A stretch of 46,350 nt of DNA from NCBI GenBank assembly GCA_013239625.1, contig MU054391.1, positions 3,935,130 to 3,981,479 on the forward strand, given 5' to 3'. The notes under the pieces are model-generated. The model was not told the DNA's origin and made no database searches. It saw only the letters and a list, made by a program, of their open reading frames with translations. The translations under genes and the position numbers were made by a program. Positions 34,311 to 46,350 of this stretch are shown here, piece by piece. Numbering within the stretch: the stretch's first letter is position 1; each line of letters opens with the position of its first letter. Source of the stretch: Lama guanicoe. Taxonomy: Eukaryota.

Positions 34311-37244
34311 GAAAAGAGCTCAATGCTTTCAAATATGTTGACTTTCTTGACCAAACTTTCAGAAAACATTTAGTTGAGAGGGTTCCAGGTTATGTTTCCA
34401 GAAACATGCTAAGTTCCATGTGCTTCAGGCTCTAGGAGAAGATACCATGACTACTTTGAGTTTGGAAGATCCTTTGTCTTGAGACTTGGAGTTCAGTGTG
34501 TCTGTAATTCCTGTCCCTCTGGAATCAGGATCACTTTGACCTCCTGTGTGAGATGCAGAACTCAAAAGCACTGGAAAATTCCCTTTTCCTGGGACCCTCT
34601 TTTCTCTTCCTTTTCCTGACTTGATCAGGTCTGAGCTTAAGGATCGCTCCTTGTGGAGGCATCACTGACTCCCACATAAAGTGGGGTCCCCTGGCTTTAC
34701 TCCCCATTGGCATCCTTCATTTCCCCGTTGGTTACCCTGTCTCACTGGCAACATCTCCCTTCCTTACTGGTCTCTAGGCTTCATAAAACTGGAATCTGAG
34801 TTTGCTATCTTGACCCTCTGCATCCTAAGGGCTGGGCACAGGACCAAAAGCATAGAAGGTGCCACCAAGCACTTCAGCACTGATGAAAACCAGCTCCAAC
34901 CTAGGCGTTGGCATTCTAAAATGCAACTGATTACAGAATCTCAGGAACATTATTTTAAAACTCAGGAGATAAAAATGTAACTTACTTTGTTTCTTGATAC
35001 CCAGACTAAAAAGCTGCCTTACGAGCAATGGAGTTTACAAGCTCCATTTCTATCGAGGATATTTAACACATCGATCTTCAGTTTAGAACCCAGTTGACTC
35101 CTCTTTGGAAACCATTCAGTCAGCTTCAAGACACCTGCCTTCTCGTTTTTCGTTTAAGAGGATCAGGTATTGTCTTGGCTCTGGATGAGAGTCTGCAGAC
35201 CAGGCTCATGGTCAGCCTGGTCCCCACTTAAGTGTTCTCCTTGGCTTTTGTTTTCACTGAGATATGGCCAACTCTGCTCATTACACTGTCCTCCAACACC
35301 CCATTCCCCAATATTCCAAGACCCATATGTTCTGAAATTTTTTTCAGGGACCACTGGGACTGCTGGTGGCTTTCAGGCATTGCTCTGCACAAGATGGCTG
35401 TGGGTGGCTGGAACTCATCAGTGTCCCCCAGATGACATGATTTGCATGATTCTGAGAGATTATTCTCAGACCAAATTGACTAAATCTGTTGTTCATGCGT
35501 CATAATGGGTGAAGACAGGACATTCTTAGAAGAATAGAAGTCTCTTGGGGAAAACCTTGGGAATCTATCCAGTGCCCTTCTGCTGTGGGAACTCCAGTTA
35601 CCCAGAGGCTCCATGTGTCCTGTTCCTCCCCCTTAGGCCTTGAACAGTTGGGGAGGGTTAGGGCCAGGAGTCCCTTCCAAGGCTCGTGGCTTTGCACTTG
35701 CATCTTCTTTGATCTTCGTTCCTCCCACCAAGAGGCTGATAGTTGAGCTCCCTCGGCAGAGGTGAGAGAACGTCTTACCACGTTAGCCTGATCTTACAGG
35801 GAATGGTATGCGAGAGACATATGCTCTACGTGCCCAGGTTGCCTGGCTTTTAGTATAATACATGTTTTCATAGCTATCATCTCTCAAATGAGAACCAGGA
35901 GTCAATTTTGGAACACTGACGTCCACTGTCATTCCTGTTCTAATAGCCCCCGTCCTCCCTGAGGCATAGTTTATATCTAATCTACAAAGGAGAGAGCCCA
36001 GACCTTGCCCACGCAGCACCCACAGACTAGCAGAGGCAACAGATCTAAGCAGAGGACCCCAAGGTCAGGAGGAAGACCTAACGGAGAGACACGCACACTG
36101 CAGCCCGAGATGAAGGAAGGGCTGCCTCTTCCCCTGCCCTGCCGTGACCTCACTTATGGTTTTCTTCTGCCCCATTTGGACACTCACATCTCCTAGGCCT
36201 CTCCTATTTGCAGTGCTTTCCTCCAGATGGGTATCGCATTGGAAGAGAAAGATTTATGACGAGCTTCTGTTTTGCAAAGCATTGTGGTTGGTGCTAAGTG
36301 AAATAGAAGGTGGATCAGACCTTGAATAGGGACCAGAAAGACCCAAAGGTGAAGGTTCAGTATGAGGTGCTTCAACTTTCAGGATTTACTTCCCAGTGAT
36401 GGGACAATAAATTCCAGGAGCCCAGGGATGAAATAGCCAACTGAGAGAGGGAATTTTCTGCATGTCTTTATGGAGGGAAACCTGTTATTTCAAAATGCTG
36501 ACCTTATTCTGCCAAGAAGGTGCCAAACTGCTCCTGACTGGGAGCCTGGGGTCCCTGAAATACATTCTTAGGTTGAGCCAGTGTCTCACCTGTGATTCTC
36601 TGTTACTGTTTCCTTGACCCTCATATGACCTACTTCTTGCCAACTGGTATCCATCCCAGCTTGGGCTGCAGGGCCTTGGTGAGTCATTCTGTTGTCCTAT
36701 TTTTCCTTCCAGCCCCTGTGCAAGTGCTCCTTCCCTGACCTCGGTGCTGCTGACACAGACTCTCCTGCACTTGGTTCCTCCTGGCTCAGCTTCAGGAGCA
36801 CACTGGTGAATTTTTCTCCAAACAGAATTGGTAGCTGAAATCTCACATCCCCAGGCCTGCCTCCCCCAGCTTCAACCCCAGGAAGTAAAGTGTTGAAGCC
36901 AGGATGACGAGTGGGGTTTGGCCTGGTAGAAAGAATACTGACCAGTGAATTAGTGGATGACTGGTTCTTCCTCTGCCCTTCTGCGGCTGTCAGGATGGAG
37001 GTCTTAGCCTGAGGCTGAGCTCTCTACTTTCTGAGGATGATCAAGGGTTCTGTCCCTAAATACGGAGTCATAAACACAGGCTGTTTCTGCTGAGAAGGGC
37101 ATTGGAGATCCCTTTGACTAATCATCTTCATCTCCCCTCCTTTGATACAGAGTGAAAGAGGTTGGAACATCAAAAGCATTCCATTTGGCAGATGGAAAAG
37201 CATAGGTGAAGACAGATGAGATGACTTAGCTGCAAGAAAAAGTC

Positions 37245-37410
37245 AATACTGGTCTCAAACTTGGCTATGTGTTGTAATCACTTGAGAAGCATTAAAAATG
37301 CTGCTTTGAGGGTGCTAACTCCTGCAGATGCGCATCTAATCAGTCTGGGATGCTAGGGGCCAGTGAGAGTTTTAAAAGCTCCAGGTAATTCTCATGCGCA
37401 GACCCTGAGC
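37245..37410. mobile_element. MER5-like hAT MITE
   Basis: GGTCTCAAACTTGGCT..TAATCACTTGAGAAGCATTAAAAATGCTG..TTTTAAAAGCTCCAGGTAATTCTCATGCGCAG. Confidence 0.75.
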
Positions 37411-38769
37411 TAGTCAGCGGCTAACCAAGAAATCAAACACGCGTGTTCCATTTCGAGGCCTGGCGTGAGTGACCATGCTTGAAGAGGAGCGACGGGGATT
37501 TTTGCAGGTCACAGCCTCGTGGAAGCGTTGGTGGAGGAAGCACTCAACATTCTGCTTGTGGTTTCTACCACCTTCCTCAAGCTCTTTCCACCGCTCAACA
37601 GTAACCTTCTCACTCCAGCTTTGGGGAGTAGGCCTCAGTTTCAGCAGCCTCTGGAGAAATGACAGTACTTTTTCTTGCAGGGCAGGAACCTTAAGAATTT
37701 GTTAACTAAAGAAAAATAAAATGTGTGCTTTCTGATACCGAACAGAAAATTTTCGCAGACTCCTTCCTCGGGTCATTTGGACAGAACTCTTACTTCAACA
37801 TGGAACCCGCCACAGCTGGTCTGGTGGAGCCACGATAGACGCGCGCGAGCCAGGCTGGTCAACAGTCACCCTCGTCTTTGACTCCACAAGCTGTTTTCCT
37901 TTAACAGGATACAAAATAATTTAAGCTGCTGCCAAACTTTTCTACCAGAACCGCAATATGTCAGACAGCAAGGTGGTGGCCAGGCCAAAAAAGAAAAAGT
38001 CACTGGTGAAGATAAGGCGTAGCTCAGAAAGTCTGGTAGAAAGTTCCAGAAGGATTTAGCGTTCCTCTCACAGGAATGATAACTGATGACAGGGACAGGA
38101 TTCCTTTCAAATCGGATCTGCCTGGGGTCCGTCAGACACATGTCACGGCAACTTGGCAACTTTTTAAGAATTTTCTGCAGCATTTTCACCTTCTCTGTTG
38201 GTTAGAAATGCAAGTCTGTCTACTGAGTGACATTAAGGTGTTTCTTAAACATCACAGGAAGCAATGGCTTCATTTGATCACACCTGTTTTCCTTTAAAAG
38301 GAGCACGTATGCAGCGGACCTTGTACAGAATTTATATTAATACATTCATGTTGAATTATGCTACAATTGCTACCACACTCCCAGACCCAAGGATTCTGAT
38401 CATTATAATAATATTCTGGTTAGTAGACTGCTTCCTCACCAAAATATGACTATACTTTTTTCTCTTATGTCCCCCAACTTTCTCACACACATAAAGGCTA
38501 ATTTCTCTTTTTTCCCCTGTATTCTGATAGCTATTTGTTCTCTTGTTAATTAGAACATTTACTACTTTGAAATATTACGGTTTATCTTTCACAGTTTTGT
38601 TGTTCTGCTAGTTCATGAGTTCTTAAACGTGTCTCCTATGGTTTTCAAAACAATTAACCCAGATTAGCAGGATGCAGATAATCAGGAAAGGCTTGCTGAA
38701 CCGAACTAGGTCATGAAAGTCACACCCACAGCACCTGGCTTCTGTGCTCTCGGCGACCACTCCCTGTTT

Positions 38770-39080
38770 GTCATAATGCCAAGTCACCTGGTGACATCCC
38801 CATGCCTCCTTGCCTTTCCTTGTGTTGATTACACTACCTGGGATGTCTGGCTCCTTTAAGGTGTAAACGCAAGACTCCATTCTCTGTCTCCTGCAGTGTG
38901 AGGTCCTCCAGGTAGAGTGCATCTCTGTTTCCCATATTGGTCGCTGTCCCTTACACTCCAGGCTGCCAGATGCTGACATCTACTTAACGCATCAACTGTC
39001 AACCCCCCATGGGCGGGACTATGTCTTTCTCTTCTAACTCCAGTGCAAAGCACAGTTCTCAGCCAGTGGTTAATAGAGAT
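38770..39080 (+). mobile_element. L2 3' fragment
   Basis: CATGCCTCCTTGCCTTT..CTACCTGGGATGTC and ACTGTCAACCCCCCATGGGCGGGACTATGTCTTT..CCAGTGCAAAGCACAGT. Confidence 0.65.
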
Positions 39081-40315
39081 AAACACATGACAGCGGGGTT
39101 GTGAACAGCTTTTGTCTCCCTTGTTAGTTCCAGCAGGGTGACGATAAGAGGGCTGTGCTGAGAAGGACTCAGAATTCCCGGGCCCCCCTGGAAGCAGTGC
39201 CGTGCTCATCAGCACCGGCTTCTGCAGGTGGAGGTGGAGTGTGCAGGGTCCCCCTTCCTGGGCTTGCCAACCCATTCCTGAGGGGGACAGGGAGTGTCAC
39301 TGTAGCCTGAAATCTCAGAGAGAAGGAAAGGAGTCCCTGGGTTTTCAATCAGAAAGCAAAGCCCTCCTGAAAAAGCCATCATGAGCTTGAGAAATGGCTC
39401 TGAAGAAACAACAGGAAGGCTTACAAAGTTCCCTAGTGAGGAGGACCCAGAACGAGGACCAGGCAGCCATCGCATGGGACAGAAATGGAAGAGCGGATGG
39501 TGTCTTCACATTTTGGAAAATAAATGCAGACATGGTTCCATGAGGATGCAGGGAATTCCTGGTGACTTTATTCAATAATGTAGAAGCCAGCTCCAATTTA
39601 TAATTGGTAGATTATCAACCAGTATGTTTCCATTAACCAGTGAAAAGAAGCTCATATTGCTATCCTCACATCCTTTATTATAGCTTTGCAGTGTACATGC
39701 GATGAGAAATAAGATGACAGGCAAAAGAAGAAAATACAATTCAATTAAATATAGCTGGTAACTCAGTTTCCATATATAAGTATGTCTGATCAGTGTATCC
39801 ATCTGTATGTGATGAATATTAATTTTAAAATGAAGAACTAAATTAGGACACATTACATCTGCTTCAGAATGGAGATATATGAGTTTTAGATGAGATTCTA
39901 AGAATCGGATGAACTTGTGTTAGTCCATATTTTAATGAAGTCGTGATGCAAGAGCCTTTGCATATAAGTTGTCCAATATTTGCTTTATACCTGAAAAAAC
40001 AGCCCGGGAAATCTAATGCCGACTCTTGCCAGGAATCAACTCGGACAAATTAAAGATCTGTGCATAATAGACATATAAAATTCCTGGTATAGAAGCCACT
40101 CAACTCTCTACATATTTTCTAATGTTTAATTTAAAATAATTAAAAATTTAAATTGGGTAACATAACTGATTTTCCAAGGACCTGCAGTTTTTAATGGGGG
40201 TACACAGAGTTGTCAGTGTGGTGGCCATCAAGGAATATTTTTGTGCTGAAGTTTTATAATAGAGTTTTCTTCTCTGCTAGCTCTTCAAAGGCAAGCAGTC
40301 TAAAGTGGGGGGGGG

Positions 40316-40700
40316 GTGTCATGGCAGCAGAGTGGCCAGCAATGGGCTGCGTCCCTTAAGAGGACGTGGCCACAGTGTCCCTATTGGACCAGGTGACCCC
40401 CTTCTTGTCATAGCTGATTATCAAGGTGTATGCCCAGCACAGAATTTTCCCTGCCAAGCCAAATGGCAAAAAAGACTGAATTGGACACTGGAGCTTTAGG
40501 ATCTGCAGCAGAGTCAGAGCCATGGCAACTCAGAGACAGATATTAGCAGTTATTGTGGAAAAGAGGAACATAGACCCCCAAGGAGAAGCTGGGGTCCAGA
40601 AGAGAAAACAATGATGACACAGGACATCCCTGAACGATCATGTCATCCTAGAGAAAGACGGGGCCACACAGAGAATTTCATTCCGTGGGACTCTTCTGAT
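40316..40700 (+). mobile_element. Possible old MaLR (MLT1K/L-like) LTR
   Basis: TGTCATGGCAGCAGAGTGGCCAGC start and CATAGCTGATT motif; heavily diverged. Confidence 0.35.
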
Positions 40701-41544
40701 GTTTCATGGTTGTTTCCTTTCCTTCACCCTTAATTTAAGCTAGTTTGAACTTGTACCTGTTTCTTTGGATAAATATCCCCAAGACAAGTAAAAATAATAT
40801 CCGAAATAAAAATGAACAACCAAAAATATTCCTTGCTAGAATCTCTACAAAAAAAGAGAAATGAGTGGAATTCGGAAAGGGGGACCAGCTGTGGAGTTTG
40901 GAAAGCATTCCATCGTTTCAGACATGACACCAAGCACTTAAGCACATAGCGTGAAAATGCTGGAGGTGGGTCAGGGCTTTGGATGAGTTCACAAAGGGCT
41001 GCTTCTTCTGGACAAAGATAAAAATAGATACAAGTCAACAGAGACGAATGCAAATGATCTATTTTTTGATATGAAATCAAAACCTTCCTGCAGCAGTCCT
41101 GGTTTCATTCTGTGTTTCTAAAGGAAAAACTATTAAACGATGCGTGTGAACCCAGGAAAACACCGAATCTGGCAAAAAGAAAATCTGCAAAACTAAACAC
41201 TGAGTATTCATTTTGGAATGATAGAAAATTGGTCATCCCGGGATGGAATAATTTTGTAGGGAAACTTATTAAAGGATCATTTTGTAACATAACCGGATTA
41301 TGAAGAACTGGAGAAACTAAGACGTGGTTTTGCTTTCATTCTCTTAACTACCGCGTATTTGGATAATATTGAACATGCCTAATTTAAACATGACTTCACT
41401 TTTATCTGCTGGTTTACTGTTGTGTAAGACTCTCATAAAGCAGCACTGAGAAGTCATATTTCATGTCGTGTCGTATTACTTAGTATTTGAAGTTGTTCCA
41501 GGAATAGCAGTTGCTGCTTTACCTAATGTTCATCATAGTTATTC

Positions 41545-41820
41545 TTTCATTCATTCATCCATTTATTCATTCAAAAAATCGTATTAGCCCTTTACTGTGT
41601 GCTGGGTAATTGGCGAGGCGCTATAAGAAACCGTAGTAGGATAAAGTCCCTGCCCTGAGGAAGATGATGGTAGAACAGAATAAAAACAGAGGATACAGGA
41701 TCAGCGGCAGGAAGTCCAGCATGCTGTAAGGACACTGGGGACAGCCGGGTCTCAGGAGTCTGGGCTCGTGGGAGGAAGTGGCTCAAGCCGAATCCTTAAG
41801 GTGAGTAGGTTTTCCAGGGG
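41545..41820 (-). mobile_element. L2 3' end
   Basis: (TTCA)n antisense tail, then TACTGTGTGCTGGG..AAAGTCCCTGCCCTGAGG. Confidence 0.75.
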
Positions 41821-43574
41821 TGAGAGTGGGGTGGGGGGACAATAAAATTAACAAATAGAGGTTTTAATCGATGATGTATGATGTCCTGGAGGCTCTGCCT
41901 CGTGCTTGACAAGCACTGCCTGTCTTAATCCTCACTGTGGTCCTAGGAGGTCCGTAGCTGACAAGGGATGGAGAATGAACGGAGGAAGGCAGAGCGAGGC
42001 TCCTGATTAGAATTATCCAACAACAACAAAAAGTGAGCTGCTTTAGCAGTAGTCAGCTCCCACTTTCTGGGAAGTACTCAAGCAGTGGCTAATAGCTGAG
42101 AGCCAAAATAGACCACCGAAGCCTGGGGTCGAGGATCGTACTTTACCAGATGTTTCTAAGGGCTCACCCAACCCTAAAATGTTCTGACACTGGAAATTCA
42201 TCCTAGACGATTTATGCAGCAGTGTATCTGCTATGGTAATGTACTTGGGTGATGACTAATATTGCCTTAATGTGCTAAGATCTGATTAATCTGAGTAATA
42301 ATAATATGTTTTGGCAACAGAATAAGAATGCAGAATTTCTAAACATTTTTTATATCACCAAGAAATGTCTACCTCCTGAGGACAGAGGATTGTAATGATT
42401 TTGACCCATGGAGCCCATATGGTTATAATGAGCTCATATTCATTATGCACATATTCAGAAAAAAACATGTTTATTGATTGATAGCACATGCATTTGGATT
42501 TTAATCGCAGCTGTAATATTGGCGACACTGCCCTATATTGTGGTCCGCCAAATTTGTCACAACAGTAAGATTTCATGTCTCTCTTTTTCTTATCATACAA
42601 TAAGTAAACATCAAACAGAAATCAAAATTCAAGTCAAAATTTCCAGTACTTAAAAGCCAAGAAATTCACATGTATGTCAAATGATTGAGGGTTTTACATT
42701 TATTTATCATAGAATGCTTAAATATAGGATACTTAACTGTAGGCTGTGTTTCAAAGCAAGGGAATTAGATTTGCTTTATAAAGCTGTTATGTTTCTTGCT
42801 TTAACCCAAGAGAGAGAATATGACTGGGGGAGTTTGAAATTCCTACATTCAAGGGTTAGAAAAGACAGAGAGCTGTGGGACTGGAGGTGTATGCACACAA
42901 AACAAACAAAAACAAGCCTGTAATTTAGACCCAACCCGACAAACAAGCCAAATAAAAAAGCCAAACCAGGAATGAAACCCTTTAAAGGAAACCATCATTA
43001 GGGCCACGATAAGATGAAGCTGAGCATCTCTGTCTCTTGGACTTCACGGCAGGACTCCATTATTTAGTCTAAAATTTCCTGCAACCACTAGCTGACTAGG
43101 TTGCCTATTTTGGGAGAAGGAAGGTAAAACCTTTTCAAGAGCTCTTCTACCAGACTTCATCTATTTCAAAGATTATTTTTTTTTCCACATTTTAATAGAC
43201 CTGGAACTAATAAGCTTATTATAATTGATGTTGTTAGAGAGCATTGTATCATTACCAAATTGGTAGCATTTTCCTTTCTTCTTGGTACACAGAACATGTA
43301 CAGATTTCATATATTACATCTTAAATTTGTTAAATTGTTTTATCTTCTAAGTCTGTTTTCTAATTTACCTGTTTGATTTCCCTTTCATTGTAAGTAGGCT
43401 AGTCCTCTCAGATCTTCTCCCTTTCCTCTCACATCCGTCTGTGTCCCCTTCCCGTGTGTTACTGCAAAAAGCCTTTGCTTTTCCTAAGTGTCTGCCTTAG
43501 CAGGGGTGCTCCACTGGACACTGAGCATTCACGAACCCCTTCCAGACCCTGGAGATCTTTCTGAGTAGCAGCTG

Positions 43575-43710
43575 CCCGGCCAAGGACTACTCTTCCCAAA
43601 TTTCCTTGCCTTTAGGTGGGACCGTGTGACTAGTCTGCGCCAATGGAACGTGAGAGAAAGTAAAGTGGGTTACTTCCAGCCTAAAGGAATTACCAGGTGG
43701 GTATGCCCCC
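43575..43710 (+). mobile_element. MLT1-like MaLR LTR fragment
   Basis: TTCCTTGCCTTTAGGTGGGACCGTGTGACTAGTCTGCGCCAATGGAACGTGAG..TTACTTCCAGCC. Confidence 0.65.
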
Positions 43711-44339
43711 GGAACTCTCTTTGCCTGATCTGAGAGCCTGGGTTGGGAGAACCATAACACCAAAGGAGTTTCTGTTTCAAATTATTTACATTAAGATGTA
43801 ACCTCTTTTGTACCCCCGGTATGTTGAAGTCATAAAAGGACTGCACTGTCATTGGCAAAGGGTTTCACGTTCACAGTCACCACATGCCAAAAAACACAAG
43901 GACAGAATTCTGGATAAGATGGGGGTGCATGTATAGATCAATGTGTCTGCTGGAAACAGGAAGAAATATCAAGTAACGTGTAGATACCTTGTGCTTGAAG
44001 TCATGAGTGAGGCACTGATACAGTGGGGAGAAAACGGGCCATGATTTCAGGGAGGAGAGACTCTCAGGGCCAAGTCATACTCTGGAGCCATTTTTCCCTG
44101 AGGTGCATTTGCCAAATCTGTTTATAGAGCGAGAGGCTGAGAATCTGGGATTGCCCAGACAGGTGCCTGGAGCTTAGGGACTGGAAACCCAGCAGAGCTC
44201 TCGGCAGAACTGTGGAGCAGGAGACACAAAATGTAGAGAAATGTGTGGCTGCTCTCTAAAAAAGAAGCTTCACAGAGTAAGAGGCTGAAAAGCACTGAAA
44301 GTTTCTGAAAGTAGACTGGAATCAAGAGAAAAAGCAGAT

Positions 44340-44594
44340 GATGCAAAGAGAGCTGCAAATTAGTCTCGTAGCAGGAATAGCAGACGATGACTTTAATCCA
44401 ACAATGATAAATACAGACAAAAATAGAAAAAGAGAAAATAAATGAGAAGAGAGAATATCAGCCAAGAACCAGAACTTCTCATTAAGGTACAAGTAAAATA
44501 TACATTATCTGAAACAAGGAATTCAACAGTGAGTTTAACTGCAGGATTAGTCTTCCAGAATCTAAGTAAATTAGTATATATATATATATCTATA

Positions 44595-44635
<41 letters not shown>

Positions 44636-44825
44636 ATAAAAAAAAAAAAAAAAATATATATATCTCTCCAAAAAGGCAGCAAAGAGCATAAAAAGGAATA
44701 AAAATATAAGGATAAACCGTAAGACAAATGGAAAACACATTGAGAAGATGTCACAGTGACGCAACCGGACTTTCTAAGGGAGAAAAAAAGACGGAGAATG
44801 AACAGAAGCTCTATTTGAAGAGAGC
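44340..44825 (+). mobile_element. Old L1 ORF1-region fragment
   Basis: A-rich strand with GAAACAAGGAATTCAACAGTGAGTTTAACTGCAGGATTAG and GAATGAACAGAAGCTCTATTTGAAGAG. Confidence 0.5.
44575..44663. repeat. Compound (TA)n - A17 - (TA)n microsatellite
   Basis: TA tract 44575-44637 with three C interruptions, A run 44638-44654, TA 44655-44663. Confidence 0.95.
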
Positions 44826-44849
44826 TCTAGCTTTTTATGTTCTTCCGAA

Positions 44850-45210
44850 GCCTTGATCCTTGACCTGCAGGCCATTTTATTTGTCCTCTGTATCTGGAAC
44901 TATCTTCTTTTACTCTTAACATGCCAACATTCTACTGGTCACTCAGGACTCAGCTCAAACATCACTCTCTCTGACTTCTAGAGAAGGCTGGTCAGTCACA
45001 GTGGGTGTGCGGGTCACAGAGCTCAGCACTGCACCTCCTATGACAATGGCAGACTTTACTGCCATTGCTTCCTTCATTGTGCTTTCCCTGCTCAACTGTG
45101 TGTCACAGGAAGGCAGAGGTGAGTTCTCCCTCATGAACCCTTTGCAGTCCTACTGCGGAGCAAGGTACCTGGTACAGAGACACCTTTGTGTTGTCTGAAT
45201 GAACACATGA
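44850..45210 (+). mobile_element. L2 3' fragment
   Basis: CTCAGGACTCAGCTCAAACATCAC, GGAAGGCAGAGG and the TGTCTGAATGAA tail. Confidence 0.65.
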
Positions 45211-45956
45211 TTGTGTGGGTTCAACTGCTTTTTCAGGATATTATTAATTTTTATAGGAAGACTCTCTAATGCTTCATCTCTACCAGAAGTATGTTCAGGC
45301 AACTGTACAATGGGAAGTAATGACAGAAGTCAAGCAGACTGACTCACCAGCCCCGCTGTCCTGGGAGAGGTAAAGTCTTGAGAATCTGAGGCCCACTTCC
45401 GGCTTCCATCTGAATTCACCAGAGAGCATCAGACCTGCAGGGTGCTGTGGCTTCACAGATTCCGTTCTTATTGCTTGGCAAGAGCAAATTCTTTCTCAGA
45501 ATATTCCTTTGTACCTTGTCTGCGATGCATAAGCAGATGGGTACAGAAACACTGCAAACCAAAGATGGTGAAGGCATCGCAGTTTTCTTTTCTCTCTGCA
45601 ATGTAGACATTCTCCCGTTTCTTGCACATTCTTCTGTAACTTGCTTTGCACATTTCTTTGTGACCCAGTTAAACAGCACCACCAGGTCAATTGTGTGGTA
45701 CTCGGACTGCTCCGTTAGAGCGACTAGCTCTTCCTAATTTCTGCCTCCTGCCTAGGGTAGGAGTCGACATTCAGACCAAGTGCTATCTAGGCAAGATATT
45801 TTATTACATATTTCCGTGGTTTCTCTTAATTTATAGCATTGCTCACATTTGAAATTAGTATAATTTATTTATGTATATATCCTGTGGTTTACCACAGAAC
45901 GTAATTTCCCTGAGAGTTAACAAGTCCAGTTTAATAAGTAAAGAATAAAAGCTACC

Positions 45957-46350
45957 GGGCAAGATGGCGGAGTAGAAGGACACTTGTAAGCCACCCTCTC
46001 CCACAAATACACCAAGACCCACATCTACAGACCCACTCAGCCAACCAGAGCACCTGCGGAACTCCAGCAGATCATCGCCCTCTTCAAAAGATAAAGACGC
46101 CCAAAATCTGGTAGGAGAAAAGGAAAAAAGAAAGAACAAAAGGCAAAGCAGCGCGGGACGGGTCCCGCGGGGAGGGAGCGGCAAAGGAGGACTGGCGCTC
46201 GCTCGCTGGGTCTCCCCTCTCCAACTGAGAGGCCAGCGGGACGGAGGGGGAGCCTCCGAGGCTCGGATCTGTACAGAGCAGCCCTTGTCTGACAGAACTA
46301 AGTTAAACGGGCACAGAGCGTCCCCCCGACACCCAGCCTGAGACGCGGGC
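45957..46350 (+). mobile_element. 5' UTR / internal promoter of a young, probably full-length L1 (continues beyond window)
   Basis: Begins GGGCAAGATGGCGGAGTAGAAGGAC (YY1 site CAAGATGGCG at 45960-45969, the canonical L1 5' terminus). Preceded by A-rich AAAGAATAAAAGCTACC (candidate TSD). CpG-rich and undecayed. Confidence 0.85.

Noticed and set aside
37958..38059. 33-aa small ORF MSDSKVVARPKKKKSLVKIRR... with an NLS-like motif after an acceptor-like site
   Set aside because: Too short, weak start context, and the Lys run derives from an A-tract.
44393..44764. ORFs with YIYIYI runs
   Set aside because: Translation of the (TA)n microsatellite.
45416..45737. Four overlapping ORFs just upstream of the L1
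   Set aside because: No recognisable protein and no convincing acceptor-donor pair; includes a short TTGCACATT tandem duplication.
1..46350. Prokaryotic-type systems (operons, CRISPR arrays, defence islands, IS elements)
   Set aside because: The sequence is mammalian and repeat-rich, with no long ORFs and no regularly spaced repeat-spacer array.

Overview
Mammalian nuclear DNA, very probably a camelid (alpaca, llama or camel), judged from a Vic-1-type tRNA-derived SINE at ~27008-27173 and artiodactyl-type L1 3' ends. I can recognise no intact protein-coding gene, RNA gene, CRISPR array or prokaryotic system. The supplied ORFs are short, overlap on both strands and often lie in repeats, as expected for intergenic or intronic DNA. 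Much of the window is transposon debris: L2, MIR, old L1M fragments, MaLR/ERVL LTRs, hAT MITEs (MER58, MER63, MER5), an ERV1 solo LTR with a 4-bp target-site duplication (TSD; 518-1057) and the CpG-rich 5' UTR of a young L1 that runs off the right end (from 45957). The best lead is speculative: a ~1.6 kb stretch with no repeat I recognise (minus strand, 2653 to ~470, split by the solo LTR). It follows a strong splice acceptor, and its broken translation has patches resembling the CSPG/Calx-beta repeats of FRAS1/FREM/CSPG4-type proteins, so it may be an ancient unitary pseudogene exon. Other observations: a 106-bp ungapped duplication fused to an MLT2 LTR by microhomology, a GC-biased substitution signature in old repeats, candidate lncRNA exons and enhancer-like motif clusters. 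Repeat family names come from my recollection of consensus sequences, not a database search, and boundaries of old repeats are approximate. I found no convincing evidence of a novel biological system.
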